DNA of 64,000 nt, taken from the NCBI GenBank assembly GCA_964016885.1, contig OZ024743.1, positions 204,290,001 to 204,354,000 of the forward strand, in the 5' to 3' direction. Source of the DNA: Eledone cirrhosa (taxonomy: Eukaryota). The notes under the pieces were generated by a model. The model ran no database searches. It was not told the DNA's origin and saw only the letters and a program-made list of their open reading frames with translations. Positions 42,719-55,853 of this stretch are shown one piece after another. The translations under genes and the position numbers were made by a program. How positions within the stretch are numbered: the first letter of the stretch is position 1; each line of letters begins with the position of its first letter.

Positions 42719-42920
42719 GTATATGTATATATATATTATTATTATTACTTTCAAAGTATAGGATGTCATGAATGATACAAAATGAAACATATGTCTTGTT
42801 TCCAAAAACATTTCAAGATAGAATTCAGAGAATCAAATCGAGCCTTAATCATTATAAGAAAATGATTGAAATATATTCATACACAGATAAGTGTGCACTA
42901 AGACATATCAAAACTTGGAG

Positions 42921-43370
42921 CTAGAGACAATCTACACTGAAAGTAAGACTACATAGTTCGTTGAGTATCTTATTAAATTTAATAAAAAATTTAAAACAGA
43001 ACACCTGATAACCATCAAAATATTTCCCTCATATGTATTCTCCACAATATACTGACTGCTATTTCTAGTGGTCGAGAACCTTTCATGTCGTTGAGAGTGC
43101 TAAAATTCATGTGTTGAGACCATGCACGTTTAGCCACTTTCAACACTGGATGGGGTGAGATTAGATGATTTTGAAATTCCCTCACTGATGATCCGTTTCA
43201 AATTATCTAATTTCGCCGTAATTTGGTGAAATGTATTCTGATTTTGTGGAGAATACATATGAGGGAAATATTTTGATGGGTATCAGGTATTCTGTTTTAC
43301 ATTTTTTATTAAATTTAATAAGATACTCGATGAATTATGTAATCTTACTTTCAGTGCAGATTGTCTCTAG
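42921..43370. repeat. Inverted repeat, 127-bp arms, ~196-bp structured spacer
   Basis: 42921-43047 versus 43244-43370. Confidence 0.88.
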
Positions 43371-43783
43371 TTATATGTTATAGTTGTATATAGTGTATAC
43401 ATAACTATAAATAATATTATATATATATATATATATATTTGTGTGCGCGTGTGTGTGTGTATGTATGTATGTATATATATATAATATATATAAATGTATA
43501 TATATATATACATATATACATATATATAAATGTATATATATATATGGATATATATATATATATACAATTAAGTTAAAGTGTACATCTACATATGTATACG
43601 GAAGTATTAGTATGCATATAAATACACACATGTATACATATGTACATGTACTCAGCTTTTCACTAGACACTTTACAGTGAGTGTCAGCTAGTCTGTATGT
43701 AACCACACAGGCGGACCGGGTTTTAGAGTCATACGAGTTTTCAAGGAAACACATTTCCTCTATTCTCCAGAGGGCCAGACAGG

Positions 43784-43828
43784 AATATTGGACTAGTTTC
43801 GATGTTATTACATCTCATCAGCAATATT
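43784..43828 (-). ncRNA. Type I hammerhead of the array unit (first of 12 minus-strand copies, every 469 bp to 48943-48987)
   Basis: AAUAUUG-CUGAUGA-GAUGU(aaua)ACAUC-GAAA-CUAG-UC^CAAUAUU. Confidence 0.93.
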
Positions 43829-46800
43829 TACCCATCTTCCGGCTTCTCTGGAGAATTGTAAAAGCACATATCGTTATATGCTTTTTCTATGAAAATTAGT
43901 AGTGGGTAGACCAATTTGCATAGAACGTGAGTCATTGTACGCACCGGTTCAGCGGAAACGATAAAAACAAATAACGAAACGAAATCAAACTTCGTTTCGC
44001 TTCTAACTCACTTTTGTATGACTGACGCTTAAACAATTAAGTTAAAGTGTACATCTACATATGTATACGGAAGTATTAGTATGCATATAAATACACACAT
44101 GTATACATATGTACATGTACTCAGCTTTTCACTAGACACTTTACAGTGAGTGTCAGCTAGTCTGTATGTAACCACACAGGCGGACCGGGTTTTAGAGTCA
44201 TACGAGTTTTCAAGGAAACACATTTCCTCTATTCTCCAGAGGGCCAGACAGGAATATTGGACTAGTTTCGATGTTATTACATCTCATCAGCAATATTTAC
44301 CCATCTTCCGGCTTCTCTGGAGAATTGTAAAAGCACATATCGTTATATGCTTTTTCTATGAAAATTAGTAGTGGGTAGACCAATTTGCATAGAACGTGAG
44401 TCATTGTACGCACCGGTTCAGCGGAAACGATAAAAACAAATAACGAAACGAAATCAAACTTCGTTTCGCTTCTAATTCACTTTTGTATGACTGACGCTTA
44501 AACAATTAAGTTAAAGTGTACATCTACATATGTATACGGAAGTATTAGTATGCATATAAATACACACATGTATACATATGTACATGTACTCAGCTTTTCA
44601 CTAGACACTTTACAGTGAGTGTCAGCTAGTCTGTATGTAACCACACAGGCGGACCGGGTTTTAGAGTCATACGAGTTTTCAAGGAAACACATTTCCTCTA
44701 TTCTCCAGAGGGCCAGACAGGAATATTGGACTAGTTTCGATGTTATTACATCTCATCAGCAATATTTACCCATCTTCCGGCTTCTCTGGAGAATTGTAAA
44801 AGCACATATCGTTATATGCTTTTTCTATGAAAATTAGTAGTGGGTAGACCAATTTGCATAGAACGTGAGTCATTGTACGCACCGGTTCAGCGGAAACGAT
44901 AAAAACAAATAACGAAACGAAATCAAACTTCGTTTCGCTTCTAACTCACTTTTGTATGACTGACGCTTAAACAATTAAGTTAAAGTGTACATCTACATAT
45001 GTATACGGAAGTATTAGTATGCATATAAATACACACATGTATACATATGTACATGTACTCAGCTTTTCACTAGACACTTTACAGTGAGTGTCAGCTAGTC
45101 TGTATGTAACCACACAGGCGGACCGGGTTTTAGAGTCATACGAGTTTTCAAGGAAACACATTTCCTCTATTCTCCAGAGGGCCAGACAGGAATATTGGAC
45201 TAGTTTCGATGTTATTACATCTCATCAGCAATATTTACCCATCTTCCGGCTTCTCTGGAGAATTGTAAAAGCACATATCGTTATATGCTTTTTCTATGAA
45301 AATTAGTAGTGGGTAGACCAATTTGCATAGAACGTGAGTCATTGTACGCACCGGTTCAGCGGAAACGATAAAAACAAATAACGAAACGAAATCAAACTTC
45401 GTTTCGCTTCTAATTCACTTTTGTATGACTGACGCTTAAACAATTAAGTTAAAGTGTACATCTACATATGTATACGGAAGTATTAGTATGCATATAAATA
45501 CACACATGTATACATATGTACATGTACTCAGCTTTTCACTAGACACTTTACAGTGAGTGTCAGCTAGTCTGTATGTAACCACACAGGCGGACCGGGTTTT
45601 AGAGTCATACGAGTTTTCAAGGAAACACATTTCCTCTATTCTCCAGAGGGCCAGACAGGAATATTGGACTAGTTTCGATGTTATTACATCTCATCAGCAA
45701 TATTTACCCATCTTCCGGCTTCTCTGGAGAATTGTAAAAGCACATATCGTTATATGCTTTTTCTATGAAAATTAGTAGTGGGTAGACCAATTTGCATAGA
45801 ACGTGAGTCATTGTACGCACCGGTTCAGCGGAAACGATAAAAACAAATAACGAAACGAAATCAAACTTCGTTTCGCTTCTAACTCACTTTTGTATGACTG
45901 ACGCTTAAACAATTAAGTTAAAGTGTACATCTACATATGTATACGGAAGTATTAGTATGCATATAAATACACACATGTATACATATGTACATGTACTCAG
46001 CTTTTCACTAGACACTTTACAGTGAGTGTCAGCTAGTCTGTATGTAACCACACAGGCGGACCGGGTTTTAGAGTCATACGAGTTTTCAAGGAAACACATT
46101 TCCTCTATTCTCCAGAGGGCCAGACAGGAATATTGGACTAGCTTCGATGTTATTACATCTCATCAGCAATATTTACCCATCTTCCGGCTTCTCTGGAGAA
46201 TTGTAAAAGCACATATCGTTATATGCTTTTTCTATGAAAATTAGTAGTGGGTAGACCAATTTGCATAGAACGTGAGTCATTGTACGCACCGGTTCAGCGG
46301 AAACGATAAAAACAAATAACGAAACGAAATCAAACTTCGTTTCGCTTCTAACTCACTTTTGTATGACTGACGCTTAAACAATTAAGTTAAAGTGTACATC
46401 TACATATGTATACGGAAGTATTAGTATGCATATAAATACACACATGTATACATATGTACATGTACTCAGCTTTTCACTAGACACTTTACAGTGAGTGTCA
46501 GCTAGTCTGTATGTAACCACACAGGCGGACCGGGTTTTAGAGTCATACGAGTTTTCAAGGAAACACATTTCCTCTATTCTCCAGAGGGCCAGACAGGAAT
46601 ATTGGACTAGCTTCGATGTTATTACATCTCATCAGCAATATTTACCCATCTTCCGGCTTCTCTGGAGAATTGTAAAAGCACATATCGTTATATGCTTTTT
46701 CTATGAAAATTAGTAGTGGGTAGACCAATTTGCATAGAACGTGAGTCATTGTACGCACCGGTTCAGCGGAAACGATAAAAACAAATAACGAAACGAAATC

Positions 46801-49020
46801 AAACTTCGTTTCGCTTCTAACTCACTTTTGTATGACTGACGCTTAAACAATTAAGTTAAAGTGTACATCTACATATGTATACGGAAGTATTAGTATGCAT
46901 ATAAATACACACATGTATACATATGTACATGTACTCAGCTTTTCACTAGACACTTTACAGTGAGTGTCAGCTAGTCTGTATGTAACCACACAGGCGGAGC
47001 GGGTTTTAGAGTCATACGAGTTTTCAAGGAAACACATTTCCTCTATTCTCCAGAGGGCCAGACAGGAATATTGGACTAGTTTCGATGTTATTACATCTCA
47101 TCAGCAATATTTACCCATCTTCCGGCTTCTCTGGAGAATTGTAAAAGCACATATCGTTATATGCTTTTTCTATGAAAATTAGTAGTGGGTAGACCAATTT
47201 GCATAGAACGTGAGTCATTGTACGCACCGGTTCAGCGGAAACGATAAAAACAAATAACGAAACGAAATCAAACTTCGTTTCGCTTCTAACTCACTTTTGT
47301 ATGACTGACGCTTAAACAATTAAGTTAAAGTGTACATCTACATATGTATACGGAAGTATTAGTATGCATATAAATACACACATGTATACATATGTACATG
47401 TACTCAGCTTTTCACTAGACACTTTACAGTGAGTGTCAGCTAGTCTGTATGTAACCACACAGGCGGACCGGGTTTTAGAGTCATACGAGTTTTCAAGGAA
47501 ACACATTTCCTCTATTCTCCAGAGGGCCAGACAGGAATATTGGACTAGCTTCGATGTTATTACATCTCATCAGCAATATTTACCCATCTTCCGGCTTCTC
47601 TGGAGAATTGTAAAAGCACATATCGTTATATGCTTTTTCTATGAAAATTAGTAGTGGGTAGACCAATTTGCATAGAACGTGAGTCATTGTACGCACCGGT
47701 TCAGCGGAAACGATAAAAACAAATAACGAAACGAAATCAAACTTCGTTTCGCTTCTAACTCACTTTTGTATGACTGACGCTTAAACAATTAAGTTAAAGT
47801 GTACATCTACATATGTATACGGAAGTATTAGTATGCATATAAATACACACATGTATACATATGTACATGTACTCAGCTTTTCACTAGACACTTTACAGTG
47901 AGTGTCAGCTAGTCTGTATGTAACCACACAGGCGGACCGGGTTTTAGAGTCATACGAGTTTTCAAGGAAACACATTTCCTCTATTCTCCAGAGGGCCAGA
48001 CAGGAATATTGGACTAGCTTCGATGTTATTACATCTCATCAGCAATATTTACCCATCTTCCGGCTTCTCTGGAGAATTGTAAAAGCACATATCGTTATAT
48101 GCTTTTTCTATGAAAATTAGTAGTGGGTAGACCAATTTGCATAGAACGTGAGTCATTGTACGCACCGGTTCAGCGGAAACGATAAAAACAAATAACGAAA
48201 CGAAATCAAACTTCGTTTCGCTTCTAACTCACTTTTGTATGACTGACGCTTAAACAATTAAGTTAAAGTGTACATCTACATATGTATACGGAAGTATTAG
48301 TATGCATATAAATACACACATGTATACATATGTACATGTACTCAGCTTTTCACTAGACACTTTACAGTGAGTGTCAGCTAGTCTGTATGTAACCACACAG
48401 GCGGAGCGGGTTTTAGAGTCATACGAGTTTTCAAGGAAACACATTTCCTCTATTCTCCAGAGGGCCAGACAGGAATATTGGACTAGTTTCGATGTTATTA
48501 CATCTCATCAGCAATATTTACCCATCTTCCGGCTTCTCTGGAGAATTGTAAAAGCACATATCGTTATATGCTTTTTCTATGAAAATTAGTAGTGGGTAGA
48601 CCAATTTGCATAGAACGTGAGTCATTGTACGCACCGGTTCAGCGGAAACGATAAAAACAAATAACGAAACGAAATCAAACTTCGTTTCGCTTCTAACTCA
48701 CTTTTGTATGACTGACGCTTAAACAATTAAGTTAAAGTGTACATCTACATATGTATACGGAAGTATTAGTATGCATATAAATACACACATGTATACATAT
48801 GTACATGTACTCAGCTTTTCACTAGACACTTTACAGTGAGTGTCAGCTAGTCTGTATGTAACCACACAGGCGGACCGGGTTTTAGAGTCATACGAGTTTT
48901 CAAGGAAACACATTTCCTCTATTCTCCAGAGGGCCAGACAGGAATATTGGACTAGTTTCAATGTTATTACATCTCATCAGCAATATTTACCCATCTTCCG
49001 GCTTCTCTGGAAGATGGGTA

Positions 49021-49065
49021 AATATTGCTGATGAGATGTAATAACATCGAAACTAGTCCAATATT
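49021..49065 (+). ncRNA. Type I hammerhead of the array unit (plus-strand copies; also 49490-49534 and 49959-50003)
   Basis: aatattgctgatgagatgtaataacatcgaaactagtccaatatt read directly. Confidence 0.93.
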
Positions 49066-50466
49066 CCTGTCTGGCCCTCTGGAGAATAGAGGAAATGTGT
49101 TTCCTTGAAAACTCGTATGACTCTAAAACCCGGTCCGCCTGTGTGGTTACATACAGACTAGCTGACACTCACTGTAAAGTGTCTAGTGAAAAGCTGAGTA
49201 CATGTACATATGTATACATGTGTGTATTTATATGCATACTAATACTTCCGTATACATATGTAGATGTACACTTTAACTTAATTGTTTAAGCGTCAGTCAT
49301 ACAAAAGTGAGTTAGAAGCGAAACGAAGTTTGATTTCGTTTCGTTATTTGTTTTTATCGTTTCCGCTGAACCGGTGCGTACAATGACTCACGTTCTATGC
49401 AAATTGGTCTACCCACTACTAATTTTCATAGAAAAAGCATATAACGATATGTGCTTTTACAATTCTCCAGAGAAGCCGGAAGATGGGTAAATATTGCTGA
49501 TGAGATGTAATAACATCGAAACTAGTCCAATATTCCTGTCTGGCCCTCTGGAGAATAGAGGAAATGAGTTTCCTTGAAAACTCGTATGACTCTAAAACCC
49601 GGTCCGCCTGTGTGGTTACATACAGACTAGCTGACACTCACTGTAAAGTGTCTAGTGAAAGGCTGAGTACATGTACATATGTATACATGTATGTATTTAT
49701 ATGCATACTAATACTTCCGTATACATATGTAGATGTACACTTTAACTTAATTGTTTAAGCGTCAGTCATACAAAAGTGAGTTAGAAGCGAAACGAAGTTT
49801 GATTTCGTTTCGTTATTTGTTTTTATCGTTTCCGCTGAACCGGTGCGTACAATGACTCACGTTCTATGCAAATTGGTCTACCCACTACTAATTTTCATAG
49901 AAAAAGCATATAACGATATGTGCTTTTACAATTCTCCAGAGAAGCCGGAAGATGGGTAAATATTGCTGATGAGATGTAATAACATCGAAACTAGTCCAAT
50001 ATTCCTGTCTGGCCCTCTGGGAATAGAGGAAATGTGTTTCCTTGAAAACTCGTATGACTCTAAAACCCGGTCCGCCTGTGTGGTTACATACAGACTAGCT
50101 GACACTCACTGTAAAGTGTCTAGTGAAAAGCTGAGTACATGTACATATGTATACATGTGTGTATTTATATGCATACTAATACTTCCGTATACATATGTAG
50201 ATGTACACTTTAACTTAATTGTTTAAGCGTCAGTCATACAAAAGTGAGTTAGAAGCGAAACGAAGTTTGATTTCGTTTCGTTATTTGTTTTTATATATAT
50301 ATACATTTATATATATGTATATATATATATATATAAATGTATATATATATGTATATATATATAAATGTATATATATATATATATATATATACATACATAT
50401 AAATGTATATATATGTATATATGTGTATATATATATATATATAAATTTTTGTATATATACATATAA

Positions 50467-50567
<101 letters not shown>

Positions 50568-50899
50568 CATATAAATTTATATATATATATTGAAACCCAC
50601 TTCTGCTTGCCTGAACTCAAAGACCGAGATCTTCAGATGTTGTCCTCACCTGAAATCACATCTGATCTGTAACTGGATTGACATTCCTACGATAACTCAA
50701 CCACTTTGAACTCCTTCTCTGCTCTTTAGTTCCACTACGGTGTTTTTACCTGCTGAATTCACGTTCTATACTCTCGTATTCTCTTTCTCCCTTATCTCCC
50801 CTTATATTTAGACCTTTTCCTATGTCAATTCCACCCCCCCCCCCTACTTTCTGCCTTACCACTCACACACCCAATTTTTTTTATTTTTAGATATTTATT

Positions 50900-50942
50900 T
50901 TTGTGTGTGTGCGTGTGTGTTGCGTATATGTGTGTATATATG

Positions 50943-50973
<31 letters not shown>

Positions 50974-51081
50974 ATGTATATATGTGTATGTATATATGTG
51001 TGTATGTATGTTTATATTTATCTGTATGTATATGTATATGTATATATAAGTGTATATTATATGCTTCTGTTGTATCTGTGC

Positions 51082-51135
<54 letters not shown>

Positions 51136-52710
51136 GTGTGTGTATGTATGTGTGTATATATAGATTTAATGTGTGTGTGTGGGCGTGTGTATATTTGTGC
51201 GTGTGTATGTATTTTTTATATAATGGTTTTTTGTGTATATATATAATAGCCTCAGAAACGGCTTGAGCTCTGCCGTGGGGTCAGACCTTTTCATATGTGT
51301 GTGTATATATATACGTATATGTATGTATGTGTGTGTATGTGTGTGTGTATTTCTGTGGTTGTGTTTGTGTGTGTGTGTGTATGTATATATATGTATATGT
51401 ATGTATATGTATGTGTGTATGTATATGCATAATTACATACAGTGATTTAATGCATATTTTCATTGATAATTTGCTCCAGGAACTTGTTGAGTGCTCTAAA
51501 TCAGCTATAAATATTTATACCCTTTTCTAATTATTTTTTTATTTACTATTTGTCGTATTCCCAACTTTTTATTTTTATATATACAATATTTAGGTTTTTT
51601 ATATATATGATATTTATGTTTTTTCTTATATATATATATAATTATATGTGTGTGTGCGTGTGTATGTATGTGTGCATGCGTATGTGTATATATATGTGTG
51701 TGTGGATATGTATATATATATATATATGTGTATATGTATATATGTGTGTATATATATATATTTTAGAGTTAAACAAGGTTCATATGAATACATCTAAGAA
51801 TGTGTTTACACACATACATATGTGTGTGTTTGTATTTGTATGTATGTGTTTGAGATATGTATGTATATGTATGTGTATGTATGTATGGATATGTATGTAT
51901 ATATATATATATGTATGTGCGTGTATATATGTATATGTATGTGTGTGTGTTTGTATATGTGTATGCGTATGTATGTGTATATGTATTTGTATATGTATGT
52001 GTATGTGTGAGAGTGTGTGTATGTATTTATTTTTACGTATGTATGCGTACGTGCAATTGTGTGTATGTATTTATTTTTACGTATGTATGTGTACGTGCAA
52101 TTGTGTGTATTGCTTACCACGTGTGTTTGTTCATTTATTTGTTGCCTGTATCGCTGTCAACACTATAATAATCTTTATATTCATTTTTATTCTCATGTGA
52201 CGGTATTTTTATTATTATATTTTTTCTTATAATTATTTGTGTGTGTGAGTATGTAGGTGTGTGTACATATTTCTATATTTGTGCATGCGTATGTATGAGT
52301 GTATATATATATGTGTGTATGTATGTGTATGTATGTACGTGTGTATATGTGCATGATTGTGTGTATGTATGTATGTGAATGTATGTATGTATGTATATGT
52401 ATGTGTATATATAGGTATGTATATATGTGTATATATATATGTATGTGTGTGTATGTATGTATATATATATATATATATCCATGTATATGTGTGTGTGTGT
52501 GTGTGTGTGTATGCATGTTTGTGTAATTGTATGTATGTGTATGTATGGATATGTTGATAATCATGTGTGTATGTATGTATGTGTATGAGTATGTGTATGT
52601 ATATATATACACATATATATATGTGTATGTGTGTGTATATGTGTGTGTATGTATATATATATATGTGTATGTATATAATTGTGTGTGTGTGTGTTTGCAT
52701 GTGTGTTTAT
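50900..52710. repeat. Compound (TG)n/(TA)n/(TATG)n low-complexity region
   Basis: Direct inspection. Confidence 0.9.
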
Positions 52711-52959
52711 TTTTCCTTTCCTTCTTCCTTTTCCAGCCTCACTTTCATATAGATTATGTTTTTGTTTTTAAAATCCAATGCCTATAAATACACCAGGATG
52801 TTTTCATTGTGATGATTGAAAGCAAAATTTGTTTGCTTTTAAGAAACCACTGGTAAATGAAATAATTGCCTTATGTTGTTTATTACATAACTATTAAGCT
52901 CTGTTACCTACATAGAGCACTCTTTTTTCCTGGACTTTTCCGACGGAATTACTTCATTT

Positions 52960-53019
<60 letters not shown>

Positions 53020-53043
53020 ATTTATATATATATATACATATAC

Positions 53044-53126
<83 letters not shown>

Positions 53127-53199
53127 TACATTTATAAAATATAAAATATAAAACATAAAATATAAAATATAGAAGTATGAAAGTTATGTTCAAATCATT

Positions 53200-55440
53200 T
53201 AAACGCTGACAATTGTTTCTTCCAAACTTTAGTTTGGAATCATCGGTGCATTATCAATGTTTGTACATATAATTAACCTCCTATTCAACTGAAGAATCAC
53301 ATAGATACATATATATTGATGTTGTGAACAACAGTTTAGTATATACAGGGTCTAATGGATGCGACATATATTATACGAGAATTGTACAATAATTCAAATT
53401 AAGATTAAAATTAAAATTAAAATTAAAATTAAAAGCACAGAGTGGAATACATGCGACAGATAATACAAGAGAATAGTCTAATAAATAAAGAGGCATTGGG
53501 GAAGCGTGTAGAGATTGTACATGCGTTAGTCATATATATGGAAAGGAAACAGGCAAATGTATTAGGCATATATGAGTACAGTATGGCAAGGTATTACATA
53601 AAATACAAGCACTTTAAGCGAATATGTTAGTGTATTATGGAGGATGTAATGCGAGGATAGTTTTTGTATAGTTCAAATATGTATGTGTGTAGAATATGAA
53701 AGTTACGGATTTCCCATCCATTACATATGTTAAGTTATATTTTAGTTAATGTTTGTATTGAATGTTTTTAGTTAGTTATAGTAACTTAGTATTATTGTAT
53801 TCATATTCATGGATTAGAGTTGTTCTACAGCAAGAGTTTTCAACGGTTTAATATTCGGAAGTGGGTATGGAATTAAGGGGAGCTAATGTGTAAGGGGGGT
53901 TACTAGCTCATTATAATATTAAAATTATTTGCTCTAATAGACATTATATACTGCCACAATTGAAACCCTTATACAAAATGTTATATATTTATATTTAATT
54001 TTAAATACAGTCTACTCTCTCATAAGATATTAAATGTTTCATAAGATTGCTATCTACCCAATATTAGGCAAGATATGGAATAATGTATAGCTGTTTACAT
54101 GTTAAATTAGATACAGCCCTTATGTTAATAAATTAATCCTGTATATACAATGTTATTAATATATACATTTTATTATAAATGTATATATAATTCATTGTCA
54201 CATATTACATTTAATGTCTATACATATTATATTATATTTCAATTACTGTATATCTTATAAGTAATCTAAAGTATTTATATTATAAGGTGGTGACTAGATG
54301 TTTATTTCTAGAGTATAATGTTAGAGATAAATAGGATTTGTGTAGAGGAAAGAGCAGATCAAAGAGTGTGATGCTGTCGGGGAAGGTTTAAAGCTATCCA
54401 ATGAGTGTCGGTAGCGTTGTTGGCACGAGGAAAACATCTCTGACTTTTTATTTAGGAGGGTTAGTTTCGAAAAGATTGTGTTTTTTGAAAGAATGGATGT
54501 GCGAGTTGTATCTCGTCTTGAAGCAGTTCGAAGTAGAGCCAATATATGTTTTAGAAGAGTTGTTTGTGTTGACCGTGCAGGAGTAAATGATGTCTTTGAT
54601 TAAGCAATTATTACTTAATGGGCAAGTTCTATTTGATCTACAGTTACATTTATTTTGGATGTTATCTTGCCGGTTATTATGTTGTGTAGAAGTCTGGTTG
54701 TTATGGATAGCATTAGGGTTGTCGTTCCTATTGTTATTGATTTCATTAGTGTTATTACTATTATTACTATTGCTACTAGGGTTTGTAGTTATTATGTTGT
54801 TCTATAAGTTTACCTCCTGCTGTGTTTTAATTAGTTGGAGATAATTATTAATCTTCCTTTTATTACTACTAGCTATATGGTATGCTATGTTAGGTGTGGT
54901 AGAGTAAGAGATTTTAATGGTGTTTTTATTTATAAGATTTTGGTATTTGTGGCCAGATGGGAATTTTTTTCTAGGATTGAGAAGAAAGCCTTAGTTAAGT
55001 TGGTAGAGACGGTTGAAGAATGTATTAGTTCTTCTATTTTTGTTTTTTGTAATATCTATTGAAGTATTTCTGTTTATAATATTATTGTGGTGTTTACGTT
55101 GGTGCGAGTTAAGTTTGATCTTACCCTTCGTATAAGAGTAAGATTGGCTAGTACTCTTATTATTTTTCCTCATGGCCATATTGTGAGAAATAATGCTGTA
55201 ACTATGTGATTTTATAGGTAGGAATTCAATCCCATTTTTCTGGCCTGATTTAGCTAATGTTTGATTATGGTATTGGTAATTATTATTAAATATGGTTTCG
55301 TTATATGATAGATTAGAGATTCTATTAGATATTCCTTTAGTGATTGAGTTTAATATGGATTTAGGGTGGTTAGACTTGGTATCCACATAAATTAGTTTTT
55401 CGTTAGGTTTATGAAAGGGTGTATATATTTTAGAGTCTAG
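53200..55440 (-). mobile_element. Penelope-like element 3' part (RT thumb, linker, GIY-YIG), degenerate
   Basis: HKPNEKLIY, SNHPKSI..ISNRISNLS; CNCRSNRTCPLSNNC..IIYSCTV..TYIGST..FKTRYNSH on the minus strand near 54500-54650. Confidence 0.85.
53202..53252 (-). ncRNA. Degenerate type I hammerhead (U4C)
   Basis: AAUGCA-CCGAUGA-UUCCAAAC(uaaa)GUUUGGAA-GAAA-CAAUUG-UC^AGCGUU. Confidence 0.65.
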
Positions 55441-55503
55441 GTAAAGGGTAGCATCAAGGAATATACATTTATATATTTATATATATATATATATAATATA
55501 TAC

Positions 55504-55587
<84 letters not shown>

Positions 55588-55705
55588 TTATTTATATATA
55601 AAGTTGTGAAGTTGGACAAAATACTGCATGATTCTCTTGCATTCAAACATAAACAATCCCCTATTAAATATTATTATGATATTGAAATATGTTGGCTTTA
55701 CGTAC

Positions 55706-55853
55706 GGACATTTCTCTTTGAGGAATTCATCACTATCCCCTTCCTTAGATATCACCAGCTGCCTTATGGAATGCAAACTGCTAGCGAGAGTTTCTAACTG
55801 AACATGTACCTTTTTTATATTTTCTGTGTAACATCGGAGACCGGATAATACGA
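55706..55853 (-). CDS. Internal exon of host Cys-rich protein gene
   Basis: atttcag|...|gtacgt, 148 bp, phase 1 to 2; VLSGLRCYTENIKKVHVQLETLASSLHSIRQLVISKEGDSDEFLKEKC. Confidence 0.78.

Larger units (their letters stand above)
43564..50294. repeat. 469-bp tandem array (~11.6 units plus ~2.7 inverted units), retrozyme-like
   Basis: Period 469 (43564, 44033, ...); only scattered single-base variants; inversion at 49000-49009; (TA)n on both flanks. Confidence 0.97.

Noticed and set aside
43681-49289. Repeated 72-aa and 64-aa ORFs in the array
   Set aside because: They recur only because the DNA repeats; no motifs, a non-ATG start for the 72-aa ORF, and RNA structure explains the unit better.
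43564-50294. CRISPR array or tandem snRNA/5S/tRNA genes
   Set aside because: No unique spacers or cas genes; no recognisable snRNA, 5S or tRNA sequence in the unit.
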